32,000 nucleotides of DNA from the NCBI RefSeq assembly GCF_000172995.2, contig NC_014729.1, positions 1,470,001 to 1,502,000 on the forward strand, read 5' to 3'. Made by a program: the position numbers and the translations under genes. Source of the stretch: Halogeometricum borinquense DSM 11551. Its GTDB lineage: Archaea; Halobacteriota; Halobacteria; Halobacteriales; Haloferacaceae. The notes under the pieces were generated by a model. The model worked only from the letters and a program-made list of their open reading frames with translations. It was not told the origin of the DNA and made no database searches. Positions 17,446-28,256 of this stretch are shown here, in pieces. Numbering within the stretch: position 1 is the first letter of the stretch; every line of letters starts with the position of its first letter.

Positions 17446-18468
17446 ATGGACGCCAACATCCTCGAAACGATCGGCTCTCCGCTGGTCGAGGTGTCGTCGC
17501 CCGAGGGCGCGACGGTTGCGGCCAAGGTGGAGTCGAAGAATCCCGGCGGGTCGGCCAAGGACCGCCCAGCACTCGCCATGATCGAGGCCGCAGAACGCGC
17601 CGGTGAGATTTCACCCGGTGACGAACTGGTCGAACCGACGAGCGGAAACACTGGGATCGGCCTGTCGATGGTAGCCGCCGCGAAAGGCTACGACATGACG
17701 ATCATCATGCCATCGTCGCAGTCGCCCGAACGGCGCGATATCATGCGCGCCTACGGCGCGACCATCGAACTCGTCGATGGCGACATCTCCGACGCAAAGG
17801 ACCGCGCCGACGAGTTGGAAGCCGAGGGTATGACGCAACTTCGCCAGTTCGAAAACGAGGCGAATCCCCGCGCACACTACCGGACGACGGCTGAGGAGAT
17901 TCTCGAACAGATCGGTGACAGAACGGTTGACGCCCTCGTCGCAGGCGTTGGAACGGGCGGTACCATCTCGGGCATCGGTAGCCGCCTCCGCGAGGAATTC
18001 CCAGAGATGGAAATCGTTGCCGTCGAACCCGCCGAAAACGCCGTCCTCTCGACAGGGGAGTCGGGAAGCGACGACTATCAGGGCATGGGGCCGGGATTCG
18101 TCAGCCCGAATCTCGACCGGGACTTGTTAGACGACGTGATACCGGTGCCGCTCGAAGACGCCGAAGCCGAATGTCGTCGTCTCGCCCGCGAGGAAGGTAT
18201 CCTCGTCGGCCAGTCTTCCGGCGCGTCGAACCTCGCGGCCCGTCGCGTCGCAGAACGTCTTGCAACGCCCGAGGCGAACTGCCCGGAACCGCCCGAACGG
18301 TTCGTGATTGAGGATATGTCCGACGACCCCCGAGGCGACGATGGCCGCACGGACGATGCCCGCGCCGACGGTGGCGTCCCCGGTGGCGATACCGACGACT
18401 GCCCGCTCGTGATTACGGTATTCTGGGACAGCGGCGAGCGCTACATGTCAACCGGAATGTTCGACTGA
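17446..18468 (+). CDS. cysK: cysteine synthase / O-acetylserine sulfhydrylase (PLP-dependent)
   Basis: KVESKNPGGSAKDRPA contains the PLP lysine region. TSGNTGIGLSMVAA, GVGTGGTISG and the C-terminal DSGERYMST are also present. Confidence 0.9.
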   Translation: MDANILETIGSPLVEVSSPEGATVAAKVESKNPGGSAKDRPALAMIEAAERAGEISPGDELVEPTSGNTGIGLSMVAAAKGYDMTIIMPSSQSPERRDIMRAYGATIELVDGDISDAKDRADELEAEGMTQLRQFENEANPRAHYRTTAEEILEQIGDRTVDALVAGVGTGGTISGIGSRLREEFPEMEIVAVEPAENAVLSTGESGSDDYQGMGPGFVSPNLDRDLLDDVIPVPLEDAEAECRRLAREEGILVGQSSGASNLAARRVAERLATPEANCPEPPERFVIEDMSDDPRGDDGRTDDARADGGVPGGDTDDCPLVITVFWDSGERYMSTGMFD

Positions 18469-19313
18469 AGGAACAGTCGAACCAAGGAATTCACTCGTTG
18501 CGGCTGTTCTCTTGGCGGCCAGTGACCGCACTCGGGGAGGATTCGTACCTCGGAGTTGGGAACGAGCGACTCCGCTCGAACTGACCACGACGACGGGACG
18601 AGTTTGTCGTCTTCGCCGTGAATGAACAGCGTCGGCATCGAGAGGTTCGGAAGGTCGTCTACGTAGTTCGTACGGAGACCGGTAAAGCCGATTTCTGCCC
18701 GTTGGAACGTACGCCATGCGCTTCCATCGTTCCGCTGTGCCTCCTCGTAGACTTGGTCAACGACGTGTGGACGGACGTTACCGTAGGCGACGATGGCGCG
18801 GACGGCGAAGTACGCGACCGTTCGACTCCGTGCGATGGCGCGCCACGACAACTCCGAGAGGTACGGTACGCGGACGAACAGCGCACCGAGCGGCCCGCCC
18901 GGAACAGAGTCGCCCAGTCCGTAACTGTTGATGGCGACGACGGCCGACACGTCCTCCGGATGGCCGAGCGCGTAGCCGAGCGCAACACCACCACCGAGCG
19001 AGACACCGACGAGCGCGGGTGCATCAATTTCCTCCGCTTCGAGGAAGCGTTCGAGGACGCGAACGTAGTAGTCCGTCGTCGGGACGCGTTCGGGTTCGTC
19101 GCTGTGGCCGTATCCGGGCAAGTCGATTGCGTAGACGCGATAGTCGTCGGTCAGCGCTGGTATTAGCTCACACCACGACAGTTCGGCGCTGTCGAGGCCC
19201 CCGCCGTGAATGAGTACAACCGGTGGACTCGCGGGGTCGCCCGCAACTAACGCGGAGAGACGGAGTCCGTCGAGCGCCGTCTCTCGTCTCGTCGCGCCGT
19301 GCGGGATCTGCAT
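18441..19313 (-). CDS. alpha/beta-fold hydrolase
   Basis: VVLIHGGG, the nucleophile elbow GVSLGGG, and the C-terminal ECGHWPPREQP. The ORF-track start 19388 is trimmed to the ATG at 19313. The 3' end overlaps cysK by 28 nt (convergent). Confidence 0.8.
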   Translation of the reverse strand: MQIPHGATRRETALDGLRLSALVAGDPASPPVVLIHGGGLDSAELSWCELIPALTDDYRVYAIDLPGYGHSDEPERVPTTDYYVRVLERFLEAEEIDAPALVGVSLGGGVALGYALGHPEDVSAVVAINSYGLGDSVPGGPLGALFVRVPYLSELSWRAIARSRTVAYFAVRAIVAYGNVRPHVVDQVYEEAQRNDGSAWRTFQRAEIGFTGLRTNYVDDLPNLSMPTLFIHGEDDKLVPSSWSVRAESLVPNSEVRILPECGHWPPREQPQRVNSLVRLFLQSNIPVDM

Positions 19314-19421
19314 GCGCGTGGCTTCTGCGTTCTCCGAAAAAAAGCTATGTCGCGTTCGGGGCTTGTGAAGGCGATTGTCACTTGGCACCGTCTGTCGTAT
19401 TACGGAAACACAAGGAGAAAG

Positions 19422-19463
<42 letters not shown>

Positions 19464-19534
19464 CAAACCACCGACGATAGCACGGCCTGATATTCCAACA
19501 GATACTTAGGATTCCGCACCTAATTACATTTGTA

Positions 19535-20879
<1,345 letters not shown>

Positions 20880-20918
20880 CGGTTAGAGCGAACTGGCACG
20901 AGACGGCAACTACCTGTA

Positions 20919-21383
20919 TTAACCGCCGAACTCAGAATCGGCCACCCGGACGACTACCGTCTCCGCTACATCGCGGAGGTCGTAGGACGGAATCGACCCG
21001 TCGGGACGGCGCGTCACGTACATCGGTTCGACGAGACGCCCGTCTTCGATGCCGTACACGGCGAGACGCTCTTTCGTCTCTTCGGGACGAATTTCTGCGT
21101 CACGGACCGACTCAGCGAGGCGGCGCGAAAGCCACTCTTCGCCCGAGATGCTCGGTTCCATCACCAACACGTGGTCCACAAAGCGGACGAGATACCAGTT
21201 GAGGTCGTTACAGAGGGAGACGGCGGCACCGACGCTCACCGTGTCGACAGCCAGCGAATTCTCGAACGGGTCGTAAATCTGATACGTCGAGAGGGCGGCC
21301 CGAGCGGTGTCTCTCGACAACAGTTCGTACTGCACGTTCACGTCGGGCGACCCGACGAAACAGACCCGCGTCACGTTCTGCAC
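20919..21383 (-). CDS. hypothetical protein
   Basis: A 154-aa ORF with acidic composition, an ATG start and a TAA stop. No motif recognised. Confidence 0.6.
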   Translation of the reverse strand: MQNVTRVCFVGSPDVNVQYELLSRDTARAALSTYQIYDPFENSLAVDTVSVGAAVSLCNDLNWYLVRFVDHVLVMEPSISGEEWLSRRLAESVRDAEIRPEETKERLAVYGIEDGRLVEPMYVTRRPDGSIPSYDLRDVAETVVVRVADSEFGG

Positions 21384-21440
21384 ACTGACGCGGCCGAGGT
21401 TTATCGGTTCCGATGCCGTCGCCGTGCGGTTACGCCGGTC

Positions 21441-21713
21441 TCACTCCGCGCAGTCGAACGTTCGCACCCAGTCGTCGGCACATCCCTCGTCGCAGAACGA
21501 CAGGAGCTTGCGCTCTCTGGTCAACTTCTCGCTCGGGTTCTGCGGGCGCTCGCGGTCGAGTTCGACTTGATAGTGCGCGCTGTCGAGTTCAACTGACGCT
21601 CCGCAGGCCGAACAGGGTTCGGTCCCGTGACGCCACCGTGAACGCGGCGTGACCTGTCTGACGGTCCATCCTGCACCGTCGGACGAAAGGGAGGGGCGGC
21701 GAATGTCTGCCAT
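21441..21713 (-). CDS. small Cys4 zinc-ribbon/TRASH-like protein
   Basis: CSACG...(38 aa)...FCDEGC supplies four Cys ligands. The start is trimmed to the ATG at 21713 (MADIRRPS...). An AT-rich palindrome AAATGCATTT lies about 30 nt upstream. Confidence 0.55.
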   Translation of the reverse strand: MADIRRPSLSSDGAGWTVRQVTPRSRWRHGTEPCSACGASVELDSAHYQVELDRERPQNPSEKLTRERKLLSFCDEGCADDWVRTFDCAE

Positions 21714-21846
21714 CGGACGAACGTACGGGATACTCCCATGTAAATGCATTTTCACCCGGTCGTTCATCTACAACACAAACGTTCGTGCTGTTATCGTTCA
21801 CCGTGGTGTTCGTACCCATTGTATCGATGTCGGTCTCGATACCCAC

Positions 21847-23010
21847 TTAGTCCACGTCGGCAACCGACGCGTTCTCACCGGCACGCCGCGCTTCGTCCAA
21901 CAGTCCGTCAGGTTCGACGGCGGCAACGTCCTCGACAGCAGCGTTCGTTTCGGGGTGTGACGGGGCGACTCGCTCGCAACCGACGGGAAGCGTCGAGTCG
22001 TCGTAGGTGCCGATTCGGCGCGCTTCGGCAACAATATCCGATTTGTCCGTCGTGAGAAGCGGTCGGTGGATCGGCATGGTCGCTGCTTCGTCCGTGACGG
22101 CGAGGTTCGCGCCGGTTTGACTCGATTTCTGTCCGAGTGCCTCGCCCGTCGCCACCGAGTGTGCCCCGTCACGCCGCGCGACTGCTTCGGCCATCACCAG
22201 CATCGCCCGCCGGAGCGACAGCATGCGCGTCTCGCTCACTTCCGCAATGAGTCGATCCACTACGTCAGACCCGTCAACGACGCGTGGTCGCAGGTCTTCA
22301 CCGGGCGCGCGGGCGGCAAGCGTCCGAATCACCTCGAACGCTCGGGCGCGGTGGTCTGCGCCGCCGTACTCCCCGAGATCAACGTAGACGGGAATGGGGA
22401 TGCAACCGCGGCGCATCAACCGCCACGCCGCCACCGGCGAGTCGATGCCGCCGCTGACGAGTACAGCGACGCGTCCCTGTGTGCCGAGTGGGAGCCCACC
22501 CGGCCCGTCGAATGAGACGGCCGCGACGAACGCGTCGTCCTCGCGTACTTCGATTCGGTAGGTTCGATCAGGGTTGTCTAAATCGACCGTCGCGCCCGTC
22601 TGTTCCTCGATGAGACGACCGCCTTCGATGTCCAACTCCCGACTGGAGAAGTCGTGTCTGTCTTTGGGTCCGACGCGCCTGCTGTCCACGGCGAACGTCT
22701 CGGACGATTCGTGGTCGCGCGCGAGCGTCTGGAGAACGTCGCGGACGGCGTCGATGGTCGCCTCGGTCACGACGACAGGTCGGGCGAATGCGACACCGGG
22801 GAGCGTCGCCACCGCTTCAGCGACGCTGTGTGGGCGTGCGGTGTGGACGACGAGGCGCGACCAGCGTCGCTCTACGTCGCCGTCGCTGTCGCGTTCGCGG
22901 AGTAGTGCGCGAACGTTCGCGGCCAACCGGTCGGCCATCTTCGTGCGCACCTCGCTACTCTTCGTCCCTACCTCGCTGTAGCCGACGAGGACGGCGTCCG
23001 CTTCTGTCAC
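21847..23010 (-). CDS. thiI: tRNA sulfurtransferase ThiI (THUMP plus PP-loop ATPase)
   Basis: The THUMP-like N-terminus begins VLVGYSEVGTKSSEVR. The PP-loop is VLVSGGIDSPVAAW, followed by ATGEALGQKSSQT. Confidence 0.85.
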   Translation of the reverse strand: MTEADAVLVGYSEVGTKSSEVRTKMADRLAANVRALLRERDSDGDVERRWSRLVVHTARPHSVAEAVATLPGVAFARPVVVTEATIDAVRDVLQTLARDHESSETFAVDSRRVGPKDRHDFSSRELDIEGGRLIEEQTGATVDLDNPDRTYRIEVREDDAFVAAVSFDGPGGLPLGTQGRVAVLVSGGIDSPVAAWRLMRRGCIPIPVYVDLGEYGGADHRARAFEVIRTLAARAPGEDLRPRVVDGSDVVDRLIAEVSETRMLSLRRAMLVMAEAVARRDGAHSVATGEALGQKSSQTGANLAVTDEAATMPIHRPLLTTDKSDIVAEARRIGTYDDSTLPVGCERVAPSHPETNAAVEDVAAVEPDGLLDEARRAGENASVADVD

Positions 23011-23059
23011 ACGCGGGCTTTGCTGTCGCCGGTTATTATCGTCTCGGTGTGGCCCTCGC

Positions 23060-24190
23060 TCAGAACCGGTCTATCCGGAACAAGTCGGTGTCGTGGTTGG
23101 TTTCGCCGTCGAGCGCGAAGTCAGCGAGGATTTCGCCGACGACGCTTGCGAACTTGAAGCCGTGCCCCGAAAAGCCCGCACCGATGGTAATCTGTGGGTG
23201 TTCTGGATGCGTATCGAGGATGAAATGCTCGTCGGGAGTGTTGGTGAACAGGCACGTGGCGAGTTTCACTGTCGGTCCTGCCCCCTTCGGGAAGCATCGC
23301 TCGGCGTACGCTCGGAGGGCTCGTTCGTCCGCAGGGCGCGGTTGGCGGTCCATCTCGTCGGGATCAACGGTCTCCTCGAAGTGGTTGAACTTCCCGAATT
23401 TGAATCCCGGAACGTCGTGCCGCGGGAAGCCGTAGTAGTGGCCGTCCTCGTCGGCGTGGACGAACACCGGGAAGTTCTCGGCGTCGAACGCCGCCGAGTC
23501 CGACGGTTGCAGCCACGCCAGCACCTGCCGTTCGGGGACTGCGAGGCCTTCGAGTTCGGGGACGAGTTTCGGCGTCCACGCACCCGCGGTCACGACGAGA
23601 CGGTCCGCCTCGTATGTCCCCTTCGGCGTTGTCACTCGGACACCGCCGTCGGCTAACGGTGTGAAATCGCGCATCGGTTCGCGCGCCCGAATCTCCCCGC
23701 CCGCCGCTTGCGCCGCTTCCGTATGGGCGATGATACACTGTTCGGGGACGAGAAAGCCACCGTCGGGCTGGTAGACGGCGCGGTGGTCTTCCGGCAGGTC
23801 GTACCCGGGAAAGCGGTCGTTCACCTCGGCCGCAGAGAGGAGTTCGTGGTCAATATCGTGGGCCTCACACGACCGGCGCGACCCGTCGAACACCTGACTA
23901 TCCGGCGGCCCGGCATCGATACCGCCCGTAATGGTGAGGAGATCACGACCCGTTTTCTCCGCTAACTCCCGCCATAGGTCGTACGCTCGACGGACGAGCG
24001 GCACGTACGACGGATGTTCGTACTGCGCTTTCCGGATGATTCTCGTGACGCCGTGCGAGGACCCCATATCGTGCGGAACGTCGTACCGTTCGAGTCCGAG
24101 AACGTCCGCCCCACGGTTCGCCAGATGATACGCCGTCGCGCTTCCCATGCCACCGACGCCGACGACGATGACGTCGTACCGGTTTCGCAT
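23060..24190 (-). CDS. solA: FAD-dependent N-methyl-L-tryptophan/sarcosine oxidase-like enzyme
   Basis: The dinucleotide fold is YDVIVVGVGGMGSATAYHLA. HGVTRIIR, YYGFP and GFSGHGFKFASVVGEILADFA follow. The conserved Cys context ATCLFTNTPDEHFILD matches the covalent-FAD site of SolA/MSOX as I recall it. Confidence 0.85.
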   Translation of the reverse strand: MRNRYDVIVVGVGGMGSATAYHLANRGADVLGLERYDVPHDMGSSHGVTRIIRKAQYEHPSYVPLVRRAYDLWRELAEKTGRDLLTITGGIDAGPPDSQVFDGSRRSCEAHDIDHELLSAAEVNDRFPGYDLPEDHRAVYQPDGGFLVPEQCIIAHTEAAQAAGGEIRAREPMRDFTPLADGGVRVTTPKGTYEADRLVVTAGAWTPKLVPELEGLAVPERQVLAWLQPSDSAAFDAENFPVFVHADEDGHYYGFPRHDVPGFKFGKFNHFEETVDPDEMDRQPRPADERALRAYAERCFPKGAGPTVKLATCLFTNTPDEHFILDTHPEHPQITIGAGFSGHGFKFASVVGEILADFALDGETNHDTDLFRIDRF

Positions 24191-24409
24191 ACTCGGCGTT
24201 CAGAACGGACAAAAAAGTAGTTACTGCCGGTCAGAACCCTCTCACCCTTCTTGTTGTAACATCTATATATCTGTGGTGTGCGTACTGTTCACAAACACTG
24301 CCGAATATGTCACCAATATAAAATTACTAATATTGCGTTACTGTCGTGACGCTTGACGTGACAGTGCCGTGCTTCGCACACCTCCCACTTTGCCCTCTAC
24401 TCTCCGAAA

Positions 24410-26983
24410 ATGGCTGAAGAAAACGGTATGACTCCGTACGACCCCGACCACCTGGACGTTGACCTCACCGACCCCCAGTTCTACCTCAACCGAGAACTGA
24501 GCGAGATGGAGTTCCAGCGCCGCGTTCTCCACGAGGCGCTGGACGACAGACAGCCCTTGCTGGAACGGGTCCGTTTTCTTTCCATCTTCACGAAGAACAT
24601 GGACGAGTTCTTCATGAAACGGGTCGGCGGTCTCAAACAGCAGATCGACGCCGACGTAACCGAACAGACGGTTGACGGCCGGACGCCCACACAGCAGTTG
24701 ACCGAGGTGTTGGAGAAGGCCCGGCCGATGTTTCGTGCACAGGCGAGGTGCTTTCTCGACGAGATCCGCGGCGCACTCGCCGACGAGGGGATCCATATCC
24801 ACGACTACGACGAACTGTCGGCGACCCAACGCGAGCAGATGCGCCAGTACTTCGAGGAATCGGTACTGCCGACGCTGACGCCCCTCGCTTTCGACCCCGC
24901 ACACCCGTTCCCGTTCATCTCCAACCTCAGTCTCTCGTTGGCCGTGATGACGCGGCGTGACTCCGATGACGAACCGACGTTCACGCGAGTAAAGATTCCG
25001 CAGAACCGCCCGCGACTCGTCGAACTCGACGACGGAGAGTACATCCTCTTAGAGGAGGTCATTCGCTCGAATCTCGATCTCCTGTTCCCGAACGTCGAAA
25101 TCGTGAATACGACGGTGTTCCGCCTCACACGGAACGCGGAGGTGCGGCGGAACGAAGAAGTCGCAGAGGACCTCATCGACATGATTCAAGAGGTCATCGA
25201 ACAGCGACGGTTCGCTACTGTCGTTCGCCTCGAAGTCGAGGCGGACGCTCCCGACGCAGTCGTCAGTCTTCTGCAGGAACAACTCGATATCGCCGACGAC
25301 GAAGTGTTTCGCCTGCCCGGTCCGCTCGACTACCGCGAGTTGCTGTCGTTGACCGACCTCGACCGTCCGGCTCTGAAACTCGACTCGTGGACGCCGCAGT
25401 TGCATCCGCGACTCGAACGCGACGAACACCGTGCCGATTTCTCGGCGGACAGTCAGCGGAGCATCTTCTCGGAAATTCGCCGCGACGATATCCTGCTTCA
25501 CCACCCGTACCACTCGTTCGACGACACCGTCCAACGGTTCTTAGACGAGGCCGCAAGCGACCCGGACGTACTCGCTATCAAAGCCGCAATCTACCGGACA
25601 GCGTCGGACTCGCAGGTGATTCAGAGTCTCATCGAGGCGGCCGAGAACGGCAAGCAGGTGGCGGTGATGGTGGAACTGAAAGCCCGATTTGACGAGCAGA
25701 ACAACCTCGAATGGGTCCGCCGCCTCGAAGAAGAGGGGATTCACGTCGCCTACGGCACTATCGGCCTGAAGACGCACACGAAGACAGCACTCGTCGTCCG
25801 CGAGGAAGAGGACGGCGTGCAGTTGTACTCGCACGTCGCCACCGGCAATTACCACTCCGAAACGGCGAAGGGCTACGTCGATTTGGGACTGCTGACGGCC
25901 GACCGCGACATCGGACAGGACCTCGTGAAAGTGTTCAACTTCTTCACGGGGCCGTCGTTGGACGAACAGTTCCGCAAGCTCCTCATCGCGCCGGTGACGA
26001 TGCGCGAGGAGTTCACCAAGTGTATCCGTCGGGAGGCACGCCACGCGCAGAACGGCGAGGATGCTCGCATCGTCGCCAAGGTGAACGGACTGGAGGACCC
26101 ACAGATGGTCGAAGCACTGTACCGCGCATCGATGGCGGGCGTCGAAATCGATCTGATAGTGCGGGACATCTGCCGTCTCCGCCCCGGTCTTGCGGACGTG
26201 AGTGAGAATATCACCGTCCACAGTATCGTTGATCGCTTCCTCGAACATTCCCGTATCTTCTACTTCGAGAACGGTGCGAGCGCCGACTCCTCGCAAGCAC
26301 TCGGCGCAGCCGACGACGCGGGTGGTCCCGAGTGGTACATCGGATCGGCGGACTGGATGGAACGCAATCTCGACAAGCGGGTTGAGGCCGTCGCACCCGT
26401 CGAAGACCGCGATATCCGCGAGCAACTCCGATTTATCCTCGAACTGGCGATGAACGACAACCGCAAGCGGTGGACGATGAACGCCGACGGGACGTACGAG
26501 CAACGCCATCCGCCGGACGGTGAACCGGTCGTCAACATGCAGTCGATTCTGATGGAGCAAGCGATGTCCGCCCATGGCCGCGACACAAACTGGGGCATCC
26601 CGACAGATCATCCCGCCGCGCCCGGCGAACTTCTCGTCGCACCGCACGAGGAGGCCGACGACGGCGACGAAACCGCGACCTCCGAGACAACTGAGAACCC
26701 CGAGGCGGAGACGGTCGATGCCGTCAGAGATGGTGGCCCGATCAGCGTCCCGAACGCGACGAACGGTCGTGATAACGTGGCGAACGGTCGTAACAGCATG
26801 CCGGACGACAACTGTGATGACGCGCTGGATGACGACCTGCCGCAAGTGATGCGAGACAATCCGGACCGGTGGTACGTCCCCGATAGCGATCACTATCGCT
26901 ACGTCGTTCGGACGCCGGACGGTGGCCGACAGTACCGGAAAACGCAGGATGCGGTTGCGAAGTTGCTCGAACGCTACTACTAG
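24410..26983 (+). CDS. ppk1: polyphosphate kinase 1 with a roughly 135-aa C-terminal extension
   Basis: RFLSIFTKNMDEFFMKRV, the PLD-like HxK segments HTKTALVVR and RFLEHSRIFYF, and GSADWMERNLDKRVE. 857 aa, compared with roughly 700 aa for typical PPK1. Confidence 0.9.
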   Translation: MAEENGMTPYDPDHLDVDLTDPQFYLNRELSEMEFQRRVLHEALDDRQPLLERVRFLSIFTKNMDEFFMKRVGGLKQQIDADVTEQTVDGRTPTQQLTEVLEKARPMFRAQARCFLDEIRGALADEGIHIHDYDELSATQREQMRQYFEESVLPTLTPLAFDPAHPFPFISNLSLSLAVMTRRDSDDEPTFTRVKIPQNRPRLVELDDGEYILLEEVIRSNLDLLFPNVEIVNTTVFRLTRNAEVRRNEEVAEDLIDMIQEVIEQRRFATVVRLEVEADAPDAVVSLLQEQLDIADDEVFRLPGPLDYRELLSLTDLDRPALKLDSWTPQLHPRLERDEHRADFSADSQRSIFSEIRRDDILLHHPYHSFDDTVQRFLDEAASDPDVLAIKAAIYRTASDSQVIQSLIEAAENGKQVAVMVELKARFDEQNNLEWVRRLEEEGIHVAYGTIGLKTHTKTALVVREEEDGVQLYSHVATGNYHSETAKGYVDLGLLTADRDIGQDLVKVFNFFTGPSLDEQFRKLLIAPVTMREEFTKCIRREARHAQNGEDARIVAKVNGLEDPQMVEALYRASMAGVEIDLIVRDICRLRPGLADVSENITVHSIVDRFLEHSRIFYFENGASADSSQALGAADDAGGPEWYIGSADWMERNLDKRVEAVAPVEDRDIREQLRFILELAMNDNRKRWTMNADGTYEQRHPPDGEPVVNMQSILMEQAMSAHGRDTNWGIPTDHPAAPGELLVAPHEEADDGDETATSETTENPEAETVDAVRDGGPISVPNATNGRDNVANGRNSMPDDNCDDALDDDLPQVMRDNPDRWYVPDSDHYRYVVRTPDGGRQYRKTQDAVAKLLERYY

Positions 26984-28185
26984 AACGTCGTCATCTCGCC
27001 GTCGATGACACGACGCGTCACGTTCGTCACGTCGGCGAGTCTCTCGTCGATAATGGCTTGCACGTCCGCTTCGATATCGGACAGTTCGACGCCGTCTTCC
27101 GTGATGACTTTCGCGTCGGCGACGTGCGGTTCATCGATCGGTCGGCCGATTTGCGAGAGCAGACGTACTTGCAGGTCGCGGATCCCGTCCACGTCGGCGA
27201 CGACGGCTTCGGCGATATCCGTCGAGAGCAGGTTGTATATCTTCCCGATGTGGTTGACGGGGTTCTTCCCCGACGTTGCTTCCATGCTCATCGGCCGGTT
27301 CGGCGTGATGAGGCCGTTCGCGCGGTTGCCACGGCCGACAGACCCGTCGTCGCCCATCTCTGCGCTCGTCCCGGTGACGGTGAGGTAGATGGAGCCTTCG
27401 TCGTAGTTGTCGGCGGTGTTCACGTCTACGTTGACCTCGCGGTCCGTGTAGTCGGTGGCAACGTCGGAGACGTATTCGCGGACGTGTTCGACGGCGTCCT
27501 TGTAGTCCGCCATGTCGTCGATGTGAGCGTCAACCATCGCGGCGGCGACGGTGATGTCAATGTAGTCGCCCTCGCGTTTGCCCATCACTTTCACGTCGGG
27601 TCCGAGGTAGGGGTGCCGTTCGGCGTACGGGCCGTTCAGTTGGCGCTCAACGTTGAGGACGATGTTTTCAGTCTCCGTCAGGGGTGCATGGCCAACGCCG
27701 AACGACGTGTCGTTCGACATCGGGACCTCGACGTTATCCTCACCGAAGACGTCCTGCAGATCGCCGGACCCCTCACCCAGTTTCACGTCCACGATAACGT
27801 CCGTACCGAACTCCAGTTCCGGGATGTTCTCGCGGAGGTAGTCGCGCGCCGCCTCCAAGGCGACCGAATCGACGGGCAGTTTCTCGCCGTCGTACTTCTT
27901 CGTCGCGCGGCCGACGAGGAGGATGTACATCGGTTCGATGACTTCGCCGCCGCCAAAGGCGGGGGCCGACTCGCCAGCGACGAGTTGCGTCTCGTCGGTG
28001 TTGTAGTGGAGGACTTTCCCGACGCGGTCGAGATACAGGTTCGAGAGGGCGCGGGAGACGCTCTCTGCGATACCGTCGGCGATGGAATCCGGATGTCCGA
28101 TCCCTTTTCGCTCGACGATTTCGACGCTTTGGTCTTCGACGGCCAGTCGTTCGACCGCCTCGATTTTGATATTCCGCTCAGTCAT
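26980..28185 (-). CDS. metK: S-adenosylmethionine synthetase, archaeal type
   Basis: [28 protein letters not shown] and [21 protein letters not shown]. About 401 aa after trimming the ORF-track start 28353 to the ATG at 28185 (MTERNIKIE...). The stop overlaps the ppk1 stop in the palindrome CTAG. Confidence 0.9.
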   Translation of the reverse strand: MTERNIKIEAVERLAVEDQSVEIVERKGIGHPDSIADGIAESVSRALSNLYLDRVGKVLHYNTDETQLVAGESAPAFGGGEVIEPMYILLVGRATKKYDGEKLPVDSVALEAARDYLRENIPELEFGTDVIVDVKLGEGSGDLQDVFGEDNVEVPMSNDTSFGVGHAPLTETENIVLNVERQLNGPYAERHPYLGPDVKVMGKREGDYIDITVAAAMVDAHIDDMADYKDAVEHVREYVSDVATDYTDREVNVDVNTADNYDEGSIYLTVTGTSAEMGDDGSVGRGNRANGLITPNRPMSMEATSGKNPVNHIGKIYNLLSTDIAEAVVADVDGIRDLQVRLLSQIGRPIDEPHVADAKVITEDGVELSDIEADVQAIIDERLADVTNVTRRVIDGEMTTF

Positions 28186-28212
28186 TATTTCTCCTTCAGC
28201 CCCACTCGGTGC

Positions 28213-28256
28213 TATAACTTGCGGAAAAAGTCCGACGGTCCGTGTATAACTTGCGG
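28213..28256 (-). promoter_or_regulatory. two perfect 12-nt direct repeats (minus strand CCGCAAGTTATA), each with a TATA-like core, upstream of SAM synthetase
   Basis: tataacttgcgg occurs at 28213-28224 and 28245-28256 (+ strand). On the coding strand TTATA falls at -32..-28 and -64..-60 from the ATG at 28185. Confidence 0.4.

Noticed and set aside
25541-26893. 450-aa minus-strand ORF antisense to ppk1, and 27058..28452 (464 aa, plus strand) antisense to SAM synthetase.
   Set aside because: They are long only because GC-rich antisense frames lack stop codons. The composition (Arg/Val/His/Asp-rich) and lack of motifs contrast with the unambiguous PPK1 and MAT signatures on the opposite strand.
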